Both the position numbers and the translations under genes were made by a program. The notes below the pieces were generated by a model that worked only from the letters and a program-made list of their open reading frames with translations, had not been told where the DNA came from and searched no databases. From Camelus dromedarius (taxonomy: Eukaryota): a DNA stretch of 64,000 nt. Positions 24,856 through 37,125 of this stretch are shown piece by piece. How positions within the stretch are numbered: the stretch's first letter is position 1; every line of letters begins with the position of its first letter. The stretch spans positions 70,558,001 to 70,622,000 of the forward strand of contig NC_087436.1 in the NCBI RefSeq assembly GCF_036321535.1, read 5' to 3'.

Positions 24856-25876
24856 AAAAAAAAAGACGGAGGAACCCAGTGTGCTCGATAACAATATTCC
24901 AACTCAGCTACGATGATAATGAGCTTCCTCAACCATAATTTATTTCCCACACGTCAGTGAGTCCAGGGCTCTTACTCTGTGTAACCCTGTGATGATGAAG
25001 GGCTCTGGGGTCATTCTGTGTCTAGGCGGGAATCTGTACGAAACATGGCAGTCGAATGTCTTTATTGGCTTTCCAAGTGGAGATTTCTAGGCAAATGTCT
25101 CACGTTTACAAGTAGAATAACGCTTAACTCCTTAGTTAAATTTCTTGGCTGAATAACGGTGTGGAATATATAGTAGGTGCCGAACAGTCACTTGAACATG
25201 CAGCATTGCAATCCTGAAAGAGTCCAAAAATGTTAACATGAGTAAAATTTATTTTCTTCTTAATAGAATTGTTAAATTTTTTTTTTTTGATGGAGGTTTT
25301 TTGGTTTGTTTGCATGATTCAAGTAGGGACAACCTTATCTGAAGAGGTTTTGGACAAGTTGATTCTTAAAGGAAAGATGAATCATTACCAAAAAAATCCT
25401 CCTCACAACACCTTTGTCTACAGTCTAGATATTGGAAACCATCACTCAGAACTCTTTAGAGCTGTATCTTTCCTCATCAAGTCATAGTAATATAAACCAG
25501 TTTCTACCTTGTTTATGCCTGAAGTCAGGCAAAAGTGATTTTAAAGAGGATCTGTAAGCTAGTAGCACAGCTAGATTGTTTATTCTGCAGCTTAAGTGAA
25601 GAAGAGGCACAATGAAAGCATTATTTGGAAAAGGCTTATGTTATACATCATTACTATGCTATAATCGTAAAAAGTTTGGCTTCAGCTTGAAGGGCAGCTT
25701 TTAAAAATTTTATCTTTGGAGTAAATTTGTGAAGAGAAGAAAAACAACATGAAAGGGTTACAGAGTTTGTATCTCTCCCTGCACAGAAGTACACAGAGGG
25801 TCTAACAAATCAGTGTTGGAATTTGCCAGTATAAGTAATGGATGCTGTGAGCCTCCCCAGTTTTCATGAGGGTAAG

Positions 25877-25896
25877 CTGCCAGATGGCGCCAATCA
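25877..25896 (+). promoter_or_regulatory. Candidate CTCF core motif with adjoining CCAAT box
   Basis: CTGCCAGATGGCGC matches 12/14 of CCASYAGRKGGCRS and runs into CCAATCA. Motif match only. Confidence 0.35.
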
Positions 25897-27929
25897 GCTC
25901 TGCTAGAACGCAGGTGCCAAGTCTCAATGGGCAGTTTCATTTTCATGCCTGTCTTTGGAGCCAGGTTCTTTGCCGGTGTGTGCCAGACTCCGTGCCTCTG
26001 TCCCCTTGTTGGTGAGGGCTGTCTATGCAAAAAGGAGTTCCCAGCTTTAGTTCCCAGCAGATAATGCACTGACATGTTGAGGGGAGCAGAGGTGAGAGAA
26101 TCTGGGGGAAGTTAACTCATCAGCACCTGAGTTTTGGAGCAGCTGCTGACCTCCTGTACTCATTTGAGAAGCAAGCCATGGTATGGTAAAATTTGGGTAG
26201 CTATGGACTGATCAGAAGCTAAAGAATGCACATGCTCTTTTGAGTTTACTTCGCATTCCTAACCTCTGTCTGTGCTCACTGCTCTGGAATTTTAGTTGGT
26301 CCTTTCTTGAGCCTGGATAAATGGCAGCCGGTTGTCTAGCCTCTTCCATTTCCTTTAGCTAAGCCTGCAGGGATATTGGCTCTTTAAGCCAGTCACTCAG
26401 TTGTCAGAAGAAATAGGAGGTGAAAGTTGGCCAGTATGATAATACAGATTTCAAAATGCCTCCCTCTTAACAATAGCAATTTTGGAATAATCTCAATTGG
26501 TTCATTTCCCTTTTTCATTTTTCTTAGTGCAATAAAAACTTGCAAATAAGTTCAATTATGGGAAACAATTAAAAATTCAGATTGCAAAGAAAAGACATCA
26601 GATCTGCCTCAAACAGGTGCTGGCACAGATGGCTCGCTCACAAGTCCTGGCTTTATTTACAGCTTTTAAACACAGACAGATAAATTGACAAAAATGTTTC
26701 TAGATTTTATAATATGCCGAATGCCCAAATTTGGCCATAAACTTACATTAATTTGTAAATGATTCAGTTTAGAACCTGACCCTCCCCAGTCTCCAGTAGC
26801 CTTAAGAGGACCACTTGTCTGCCCTGTCATTTGCACACTTGTGTGAATAGAGTATCTAATCTTTTCTTTTGGTTGGTATGCTTTGTTTGTTGCTTTGATC
26901 ATTTAATGACAGTATTATTAAGGGGGAAAAGTTCCCTCATGTCAAATTGTATGTAGTCTGGTGGTTAGTTATTTCCAACCTCATTGTTGTACCTTGAAGG
27001 ATAATTATGCTCCCAACTTCTTACTAGCCTTGGAGTGGGACGTCTGATGAGAATAACAAAACAGAGGGCAGGAAACCCAAATGGAGCTATCTTCAGGCCG
27101 AAGCTGGTGGTGCTCTTGCATTGATTAAAAATACCTGGCGGAACCATGCTATAGATTTAGCCTACCTTATTATTCTGTCTTTGATGTGGTCTAAGGTTTG
27201 GCATGGAAGCACCACATATTAAAATTATACTAAAAGAAGTATTAAAGGGCACCGGAAAATGAGGACTAATATGCATTTCTAAGTTGGTTTAAGGTACTGA
27301 TTTACCTATATCCCAGTTTCATGTTTCTGAAGGGCTGAAAAACAGGAGGCAAAGGAAGTTGAAAACCAGTTCTGTGTTCGTCAAGGAAAGTGTTTCAGAA
27401 GTCACAGTATGAAATGTTGCTTTCTGCGTCGTGTATCAGCTGCTTAGAAGGGTCTGTTGGGTAGATCATAAAAAAAAGGGCCTTTCTAATATAACACCAT
27501 GCTCCCTGTGCTTCACAGAAGTGTGTGTGACTTCCCTCTGTGTGTGCTTATGTGGCGCAAGATTATTAACAATCTTGATCTTACATCTTGAGACTAGTGT
27601 TCATTATGTAAATCTTTCATCTGGCTACAATCCACGTTTTGTGTATTAGAACTTCAGGGTGGATTATCCACAGGTACTTGGGGCACTATGATGATTGAAG
27701 GTAATTTATTTTAGGCTTTTCAGTTCTGTGTTGGGATTTGTTCCACCTATGGATGCAGGGTCATGGGAGGGGGTGTGTGTCAATGTAATATGTCATTGTT
27801 CTCCTTTAACCCGCTTGTGTGATTTGCTTTAGTATTTTTTTCTTCTTAATTAATGCTTCCATCCTCATCCTTGCTGTGGCTGCTCATGTGTCCTCCTCCT
27901 CCTCCTGTCTTCTGCTTCTGACACTAAAG

Positions 27930-28025
27930 CCCGCAGCCCGCTTGAGAACTCAGTGCCCTGCCTAGCAACCCGCACCTTGGACGATGACCCCCGAGTGCAG
28001 CGCAGTCCCAGCGTGGGATGGCTAA
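27930..28025 (+). CDS. SLC4A4: Candidate non-canonical in-frame cassette exon of SLC4A4, 96 nt / 32 aa: ARSPLENSVPCLATRTLDDDPRVQRSPSVGWL
   Basis: First AG (27928-27929) after a 95-nt AG-free pyrimidine-rich stretch; donor AA|GTAAGT at 28026. Length divisible by 3, open in the required phase-1 frame, 7 CpGs. Peptide resembles the recalled SLC4A5 segment [28 protein letters not shown]. Confidence 0.68.
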
Positions 28026-28589
28026 GTAAGTCCATGACCGGGAAGGGGCAAGGATGGTGGTGGTGGGCGGGGGAGGGCACGAAGACTGGGCTCTTGGTTA
28101 CTTAGTGGAGGGCATCCTCAAGAATGCCTGGAAGGGTAGGACTCACAGGTTCCTGAATTCACAGTTACAGATTCATTTCTTCTGTTAGTCAAGAGGACAG
28201 GTACAGTGTGTCCTCCTGGGTGCAGGCTGAGTGCCTTGTAAGGCCGTGGGAGGAGTTGGAGACTAAGTCGGGCGTGGCCCTGGTAGTGCTCCTTCCAGGG
28301 AGCACTCACCAAAAGGTCAGCTTCCTCGCAGGGCTGATGATGCCGGATCTTCTTACTTCAGAGGACTGTGAGGGAGATCTCTTGAAGATGAGGTCTCCGA
28401 AAGTGGTTTGAAAGCATTCAAATGCCGAGTGAGAGGAAAAACTTTCTAAGTTAGTGGTCTGAAGAACCCCCAAGTACCCATTAAGGTACCCGGAAGGGCA
28501 GTAAGTGCTACCGACAATGAGAAAGTAGCATAGATAGAATGTTTACTTTATAAATAAATGGTTTTGTTAAAAAGACAAGATTTCAAACT

Positions 28590-28748
28590 TTCAGAGGTTA
28601 TGAGTAAGTTTATGGCTTCAATTGTAGTCTCACAGATGTATACTTATCCCCAGACTTAATGAGTTTGTGCACATTAAAGTTGTGTGCCTTAAATAATGTA
28701 CAGCTTTTTCTATGTCAATCATACCTCAATAAACAGTTTGTTGAAAAG
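28590..28748 (+). mobile_element. Old L1 (L1MC/MD-like) 3' terminus
   Basis: cacagatgtatacttatccccagact...tgtacagctttttctatgtcaatcatacctcAATAAA. Confidence 0.7.
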
Positions 28749-29329
28749 TGCTTGAGAAAGAAAATTTATACAAAAAAATAGACAAAATTTATTTACCTAA
28801 AACCAAAAGAGAAAAGAACAGTTACCAAAAACTACATGAACTTTCCCCTGAGATTTCCAAATTGGATTATATGTGATATGAATTTCTTTTAGTTGTGAAG
28901 AAGCCCATTCATGGTGACATAATTGGACTTTTAACTGTTTATTATTACCATTCTTAAAAATTGAACTATTGATTAAGCTTTTTACTATTTTAGCATAAAG
29001 AAATTTCACTTACTGGGAAGATGTCTTTCTCAGATGACTTAGTGGGGGAAGTTTTCATTCATCCTAAAATAGTGTTTGTTGTGCTTCATTGTTCTAGAGC
29101 TTTTATTGGATGGAGTAAATTTGATCTTTTTAGTAGCTGTAGTAATAATCTCCACGTCCCTTCGAGAGATAAACATGTGTACTGCCCACTACTGAATGCC
29201 AGACACTGTATTAGGCACTGGCTGTTTAGAGATGAATGAGTCCCTGCCCTCAGTGGGGTTTCCTGTCTAATGAAGAAGACAGGACACAATGGATAACAAT
29301 TGTATAAAGATGCTAAGTAAAATGACTGA

Positions 29330-29333
<4 letters not shown>

Positions 29334-29371
<38 letters not shown>

Positions 29372-29382
29372 ATACACACACA
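29334..29382. repeat. Imperfect (CA)n microsatellite within an antisense L2-like fragment
   Basis: About 17 CA units, then cgtata and further CA units. Confidence 0.92.
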
Positions 29383-29659
29383 AGATTATGGGAACATCTG
29401 CTTGGCCTGAGAGTTGTGATGATAGAAGAGGCTTTTGGAGGAGATGATTTGGGGGCTAAATCTTAAAGAAAAAGCAGAAGTTTGGTGGCAGGAGAGTTGA
29501 GGGGGGAAGTGCCTCTTATTGAACTATTAACTTTGTGATTATGTCTGCTATACAGTAGGTCTAAGAAGCTTGAATAATAATTTTGTCTTGAAAAATCATA
29601 AGAGTTGCAAATATTAACTCATTACTTTTGGGTACAAACCCTCAGCTGAGTCCTATATG

Positions 29660-29800
29660 TGATACCATTTAATTTTCTGAGCAATCCTGTTGTGGTTATT
29701 GTTATCCACATTTTACAGATGAAGAAATAGGGCTTAGAGAGGTTCAATAACTTGACCAAATCATACAGGTCATAAGTGTCTGGGGCAAGACTTCATCATG
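29660..29800 (-). mobile_element. MIR fragment
   Basis: tatccacattttacagatgaagaaatagggcttagagaggttcaataacttgacca. Confidence 0.75.
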
Positions 29801-30024
29801 TACTAGTTACATCTGTAACTTTGAAGGATAGTGTCTTATTGAAAGTACAGTATAGCAAATTCACATGGTTAGATGGCTGGAAAGATCTGCTGACCCCGCC
29901 ATGAACCTTTAGCACTCACATGATTTTCTCTGCAAGAATTGTGCATTTCTTCTAATAAACTTTTCTTTTTTTCCCTCAGTGATGCCTCTTGGGGAAAAAA
30001 TAAATTCAGATACAAAGTTTAGTC

Positions 30025-30225
30025 ATTGGAGTTTGGAGCCAGGCCTAACTGGATTTGAATCTTGTGTCTACCACTTGCTTGACTTTGGGAAAGTTACTTC
30101 TCTACTATAAATTTGGGTTTCTCGACCGTAAAACTGGGTTAATCTTACCAATTTAGGATTGTTGTGAGAATTAAATTAGAAATATGTAAAGTGATTAGCA
30201 TATCTCAGCACTCAATAAATCTAGC
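30025..30225 (+). mobile_element. MIR
   Basis: tttggagccagg...ggatttgaatc...gactttgggaaagttactt...taggattgttgtgagaattaaattaga...gcactcaataaat. Confidence 0.75.
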
Positions 30226-32859
30226 ATTTTCTGTTACTAGCAAAGTGCTTATAGGACTTGCTGAAGAAACTGTAGCTATTCTTATCCTTTTAAAGTTTTA
30301 TTTATCCATGTCAGACATCTAGACATTGATATACTGTTGTGGATAGAGTATCAAGGAAATTGACCAAAATGTCCAGTTTGTTCATATTATGGAAATGTGG
30401 CAACCATATGGAAATCGACCTAGGTCAACCCAACACCCTGGGCCAATCCTATTAAGAAAACATATTTTAGTCATGAGAGAGGATTCTTCTCGTTGTGTAT
30501 CTATATGATATATTCTCTTGCTAATGTGTAATTTTTTTGATGTGTTATCTCAGTCACCTCTCCCAGGGTCCCTATTACCTACCACATCAGTTCAATAAAT
30601 GTAATATACACACGTAAAATAACCAAGATGTGCAAAGTGGCATTACGTCCTGCTGGTTCTACGTACCTATTCAGCCTTATTTTCATCTCTTCTTGGTGGG
30701 AACCTCTAGTCTTACCAGCTTGTCCTTTTCCTTTTGGCTTATACTGTGGGAAGCCCCACCTCAGTGCCTTACTTTGTTCCTCTGCCCTTCCAAGAACACC
30801 TTCTCAATTATGTCTATCCAGAACCATTCAGTAGGTCCCAAAGCAAGCCCCATCTCCTTTATGAAGTAGTCCTCATAAACACAAAAGATCTTTTCAGGTC
30901 TTAAAATTCCATAGTTCCTATTGTCTGTGCCTCCCAGTTGAGGATTTGTTATATATTGTTTTATGTTGCCATCTGATGTTTCATTTTTTGTATTTTTTCG
31001 TTTCGACTATATAAAAAAGCTCCTTTAGGTCTGGAGCCGTATCTCATGCTTTTGCATCTCACCATATCTCATGCCTTTTCCAGGATGATGTAGGTACTTG
31101 AAACATGGGAGTTGTACACTAAATATTTATTAAACCTTGACACTTCATCATTTCATTAGAAGCAACCAACATCCCAGTTTTCATAAGGGTCCCTCTTGGC
31201 CACAGTAACTCTTAACCAGAAGTGATCATTGTTGACCTGCAAAAATTATTTCCGCATATTTCTGTTTATCACAATCTGATGAATTTTGTTATCAGTTTAT
31301 TCTGATAGTTAACATGGAATTTGTTTTCAAAAATGCTGCCCAAATTATCACCTAAAAGACAGGTTTGTGAACAAAGTTCCATTACTTTAATCTTTCAGTA
31401 TTCTTAGTGAGATATTTTCAGGCTTAGTGTTAACTTGAAGTAACTAAGCACCTTTAAAAAGCTAAATTTAAAGTTGCTTTTGGGGGAGTCAGCGTCCATC
31501 ATTTCTACATTGTGCGCTTCTTATCTTAGTTGTCACCTGAGGCAGATGTGAGCTCGCAGCTCTTACCCATTTCAAATGCTGCCGAGGTGTTGAATTAGAA
31601 GTTGGAACAAAACCAAAAATCATTTCCTCTTACAGATCTCCCGGCAGATCTAAAACCAGCCTGGGCCACCGAGAACAAAAGAAAAGCTTTTACCTCTACT
31701 TTTCAGGACAAGTTAATACCCACCTAAATGCTTTGCCATTATTAGAGCGGAGGAGCGTTCCCTATCTTGGTAGACACTCGGAGCACTTACCAGTGAATTC
31801 AGCTTGACGTCTAACAGCCCACGTCCTGAGTCCTTAGAAAACACTTTTGTCCTTTTGCAGTTACTGGTGGTTGAAATCAGCTGCTTCAGACTCTTAGGTC
31901 TGAACTTCAAAGAAGAATATGAGATTTAGGGTTTTTATTTTCCCTGCCGTCTTCTGCCCATTCAGGCATCTGCCTTCACTTTACGTTGTGTTGTGTCTTT
32001 CTGTCTAATTTGTACATCTACCAGGCAGGGACCTTCTGGTCCAGTTCAGTGTTTTGTAGGTGAGTATCCAGTGTTTGATGTTATTACTATCCTAAGTATT
32101 AATATTAGATAATACTGTTTTTTTAAGAAGTGAAACCACAGTGGTACAATTCTGTGGATTCTTGTTTCATCTTCCAGCCAGGTTACACAGTTAATGTTCG
32201 TTATAATTTAAAGAATGTAAGTGGGACTCTTCTGCTTTAGGAAAACAAATATTTTATTTCTTTTTAGGCATTTCTGGAGTTAATCAATTCAAAGTCTTTC
32301 CACTATTGGACAGTTTGCTGACTAAATAAAAATTACAATTTTCTCTGGCCGTAGAGTTTTGTTAAAAAGTTTTGAAACTTCTTTAGGAAAGTGATGAACC
32401 CAGAGAGTTCACTTTAACAGGTTCAGAGTCAACAAATATTCCCAGTGCTCTTACGCTTCTAGTTCCATCGTCCAATTGGAGAGAAAGAGACAAGGGAAAT
32501 TCACAGCTGACAATATTGGAAGAGAGGCAATCAATGAAAGTGCCACCGGCAGAGTGTGAGGACAGACCTGCTCGTCTGCAGTGTGTGTAACATAGCAGCA
32601 TACGTTATACTCTCTGAAAATGCTTATTAGAAACGTGGATAGTGGGACATAAAAAGAGAATTGGGAGAATAATTCTTCTTAGGGGAGGTAGACTTTTCAG
32701 TGGGCCATAAAGGGTGGGCTGTCCCTCTACATACGTGGAGATGGTGGTAAAAGCAGGGCGAGACATTGAAAGGTGACTCGAGGCTGAGAGAAAAGTATGT
32801 AAGCAACCAGGTTGTTGAGAATAGAGAATAGTTTGTGGGAGGTAGTCAGGTGACACATT

Positions 32860-33245
32860 GCATTAGCAGAGAGGGCTTAGGACCAGAACATGTGGCTGCT
32901 AAGGTGGCGAAATCATTGAGCTGTTTCGTGGAAGGTCTTTGAAAGTTTTTTAGCATGGAGGTAGCATGATCAGAATTGTGTATTAGGGAAATTAGTCTGC
33001 TGGGGGTTTCGAATGGGATAGAAGGGGGAAAGGCTGGAGGCAGGGGAGAGAGTTAGGAATGGGCTGTAGAAGACCAGTTGGAGAGAATGAGGATCTGGGA
33101 CTGTGACTGTGGGAATGGAAAGGAGAAGGGTATTGCAAGATGTTACAGAGATGGCTTCTGCAGGACTCGGCACCGGTTGAATGTCAGGAGAGGAAGAGGA
33201 GGGCATCCAGGGTGCCTCAGGTTTTGAGCTGGTGACCAGGGAGAT
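32860..33245 (-). mobile_element. L2 fragment
   Basis: Purine-rich antisense L2 text (gcatgatcagaattgtg; ggctggaggcaggggagagagttagga; ggttgaatgtcaggagaggaagagg). Confidence 0.6.
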
Positions 33246-35025
33246 GATCGGAAAGCGGTCATAGAAAAGAGTGACGGGATTTACAGAAGCTCAACAATTC
33301 CAGTTTCTGCCCCTTTCATGCCTGCTGTGGCCGTCTGTGAAGATAACGTTTCACTAGGAGATTTTTAGATTATTTATCATGGGCCAAGACTCCTTTAGAA
33401 TTCTGCTTTTTTATCATATTCTCACTTTAGTTTTGGGGATCCATTTAAACCTACCTTTGGAGTGCGAAATAACCACGACACCCCAGCTCTCTTTAGACAA
33501 CTGGCAAATACAGAACATTTATTTTCGTCTTGATTCCAAGCATTTCACCTTCCATCCCCATGTTCAAGATGAAGGCTTCTTGATTGGCAATATTATTTGG
33601 GTCATTTATTGTATTCTCATATACATTTTGGGCCTTTTAAAAGGCAAAAAGGAAATCCAAGTAACTTTCAAAATTCTCTCACCATAGCTTTTCTTACTCA
33701 AAATTTTTCAAAAGACTGTAGGAAATGAAATCTTTCAGCAACCTGACATCAACCTCCAGACTTTTTAGTTAACATAAGACATTCAGAAAACTTATGTCAT
33801 ATCCAAGAATAAATTATAACATTCTTCTTCAAATACAGGCAGTCTTAAAAAAGGGGGGGTGTTAGTTACTATTTATCCTGAGCTGCTGAAAGAGGGCCCA
33901 CTAGTTGTTTCACTGATATTTAATACGGGATTTACAGTGGGCTAGAATACATGCTGACTCTCAAAGTTATTAATAGAAAGAATCAAGGTGGAGAAGGAAT
34001 AAAAACTTAGAAATTCTGTTGTATTTCAGAGTACTAGGGACTTGGAGGAGATCTTAAGAGGCACAGATTTTGAAAAACTTCGACCATCTGTGGAATTATA
34101 AAATAGAGGTTTTTCCTCCCCCGACAAGGAGAGCTTGGGATTTGTGAGCATTCAGGCTGGTGCTTGGCAGAATGGTGTACGTGGAATATGTTCACCGTCG
34201 AACTCTTCTCATCAGCAGGTCTGTCCCTTTTCCTGACCTTTCAGGCTTTCACTGTCTTTCTCCTCTCTTTCAGACTTGGAACCTCAGAGTCATCGGTTAT
34301 GCATTCTCTCTTCCCCTCCAGCCGCAGTGAAGGATCAATTTGTTAAATGGCACCTCTGATAGGTTGCTTGCCTCAGTCTCCTTTCTAGTCATACTGTCAT
34401 TGCTTTTGTTCGCATCTTTATTTCCTCTTGCTTGGTCTGATCTAATAGCCTGTTCCCTGGGGTCATTTCCTATAGTTGGGCATATGCAAATGCACCCTGC
34501 ATTTTGCCTTCCAGTTAGTCATATCAGACCCAGCTGATACGTTACCCCCTCATGTGGAAATGGTCAGTGGCATCTTAGTGTGTTCCAGACCACATCCAGA
34601 CCCCCGGGCCTGCCAGTCAAGACCCATTGCACAGTGTCCTGTACGCAGCATGTCATGCTGCTGTATCTCCCTTTATCTACACTACATCTCAGCAGCAACT
34701 TACCATTACTTGAATTTACTGAGTGCTTCTCTCTGTTGGTGCCTTTGCCCTGAACGTTCTCTCCACTTGGAATACTCTCCTTCCTCCTGAAACTTTCTGT
34801 CAAAATTCTGCCAATCCTTCATGGTCCAAGGTTCTCCTTGAAGCCTTCCCAGCTTGAGATACTCTCTAGTGACCTTGAACTCTGAACACACTTTTTCTGT
34901 CTCCTCACATGACGTTTATCTCATTCTGCTTTGTGTTGCAGTGTGTGGGTACATGTCTTACTCTACTAACTATACATTTTTTAAAGGCAGGACCCGTGTC
35001 CAATTGAGGTAGGTGTCCTCTATCA

Positions 35026-35248
35026 CAGAGATGGATGATCACGACCCATGGTCCAAATCTGACATACTGCTTGGTTTCATAAACAGAATTTTATTGGAAC
35101 ACAGCCATGCTTATTAATTTGCATATTGTCTGTGGTTGCTTTCCTGCTGCAATGGTAGAACTGAATAGTTGCAACAGAGATCGTATGACCCATAAAACCT
35201 AACATATTTACTAATTGCCCTTTTACAGAAAAAGTTTTCTGACCCTTG
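35026..35248. mobile_element. MER58A-like hAT-Charlie MITE
   Basis: ttttattggaacacagccatgc...ctgaatagttgcaacagaga...tatttactaattgcccttttacagaaaaagttttctgacccttg. Confidence 0.85.
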
Positions 35249-35254
35249 GAATAC

Positions 35255-35600
35255 AGAACTGATTCTCAGAGTGGGGACTGGGGACCCCTGGATAGCCCTG
35301 GGATCCTTTCAGAGGGTTTGGAAGGTCTTTGTATTATTCTTTGTATCATTCAGCCAAAACAATATATTGCAGCAAGTTGAACACAGGCGCAGACATGAAA
35401 ATCCAGCTGTATTTTACATTAATCCATACAGTCAAGACGTTTGTAAAAAATGTGAAACAATGCCATTCTTTTTTTGCCAATTTTTAGTTTTGGAAAATTG
35501 TTATTTTTCATAAAATGTATTACTTATGCTAACAAGTAATTGGCTTATTATGTTATTTTAAATTAATAAATATTTTTTAAACTTTAGTTTTAATTCCTAA
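35255..35600. mobile_element. Charlie1-like hAT transposon remnant
   Basis: gcagacatgaaaatccagctgt...tttgtaaaaaatgtgaaacaatgcca...ttttggaaaattgttatttttcataaaa resembles the Charlie1 interior. Confidence 0.65.
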
Positions 35601-35854
35601 ACCAGAAAAACACTCTTAATTTTTAAGTGTGTAAAGGTAGCCTGAAACCAAAACTTTGACAACTGCTGCTCCATTGTGCCTAGTAGAATGCCTTATAAAT
35701 AGTAGTAAATCAACAAATGGTGAATGAATGAATAACAGAACCAAATGATTCAAATGTAACATTAAATAAAGCACAGTGATAATACTTGAAAGCTTTGAAA
35801 GGGAAGACTGAGTAAGAACCACTAAGAAATGATGTCTACTATGTGTGTGTGACA

Positions 35855-36117
35855 TTATTTATTTATTTGTTACTGAAGGATAGTTGATTTACAATGTTGT
35901 GTTAGTTTCTGGTGTATAGCATAGAGAGTTTGTGTGTGTATGTGTGTGTGTGTGTGTGTATATATACACACATTATTTTTCATTATAGTTTATTACAAGA
36001 TGTTGAATGTAGTTCCCTGTGCTGTATAGTAGGACTTTGCTGTTTATCGATTTTATATATAGTAGTTTGTATCTGTTAATTCCAAACTCCTGGTTTATCC
36101 CACCCACCCCCACCCCA
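35855..36117 (-). mobile_element. L1 3'-end fragment with internal (TG)n tract
   Basis: tagttgatttacaatgttgtgttagtttctggtgtatagc...gttccctgtgctgtatagtagg...tagtagtttgtatctgttaattccaaactcct. Confidence 0.88.
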
Positions 36118-36214
36118 GAGAACGCTGATGAAACATAGTAGAGTGAGGATGATCTGAGGGGGTAAGAAGAGCTGGTCTTCCTGACCATCTTTCTTTGCTG
36201 CTTTCATGACAACT

Positions 36215-37125
36215 AGTAGTCAAGATAGGCTGGGTTTTGCTACAGTGACAACTAGCCCTGTTACTCCAAGAGAGGAAGGCCTCAGTTCTTGTCTTGCCCA
36301 AAAGAGAAGAATTCAGACGGGAGACAAAGGCATTGTGTAGTTAAAGATTTCATTAGGAAAGCAAAAGCACACCTGTAAGAGCAGGAGATGGGCTGATCCA
36401 AGAGAGAATGGCAGCCTTGGTCTTTCTTGGTCCCTCCTGTCTTATACCCTCACTTAGAGACGGTCTCTTGATTGATTGACGGCTCTATCCCCTGGAGTGC
36501 TTCGTCATGCCCGTCCCCCTTTGCACATGTCCTTACCTGTGATGCAGACAGAAAAGCCCGTGAAGGGGGAGCCTACACTGCAATGCTAATTACATTACAA
36601 TGAGCACTGGGTCTTGTCTGTTTGGGTTCTTGTCACTGCCACGCATTCACGGCAATCCAGTTCTAACTGGTTTCTTGCTGGCACTCTTTTAGAGGAAGTA
36701 AAGCCCCCATCTTCCGGACCACCCTCTCCCCTGCACCTCATCTACCTGGTGCCTCCACTTATTTAATTGCCTAACAATCCCAAACATCTCAGTTCACACC
36801 ACAGAGGTTTCTTTCTCATACTATTTCATGTTTATTGTGGAAGTGCAGGGAGCTGTGCTCATCACCGTTAGGCAGGATCCAGGCTGGTGGAAGCCTTATC
36901 TGGGTTCATGCTTCCACAGTCATTGTACCATGAAGAAGAGTTTTGGTGACTCACAGGTTGCCTTGATAACTTCTGCCCAGCAATGACACATTCTTTCACT
37001 TACATTTCATTTGCCAAAATGAATCATATATCCACACCTAACTCCAAAGAACTGTTATCCTACCATGTGCCCAAAGGGTGGAATTTCAGAAACATTTGGC
37101 AGACAACACCAATGACTACCGTCCA
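36215..37125 (-). mobile_element. Old MLT1 (K/L-like) MaLR LTR, interrupted by a younger LTR
   Basis: tagtcaagataggctgggttttgctacagtgacaac | cccaaacatctcagt...ggatccaggctg...ttcacttacatttcatttgccaaa...tcctaccatgtgccca. Confidence 0.65.
36259..36776 (-). mobile_element. ERV solo LTR (518 bp), probably ERV1 class
   Basis: TGTTA...TAACA terminal inverted repeat; flanks agccc / atccc; cleanly splits an MLT1 element. Strand inferred from the antisense U5-like start and TATA-like cttata. Confidence 0.8.

Noticed and set aside
27865..28080. 71-aa minus-strand ORF
   Set aside because: Low-complexity antisense shadow of the GC-rich candidate exon and its flanks; the splice signals are on the + strand.
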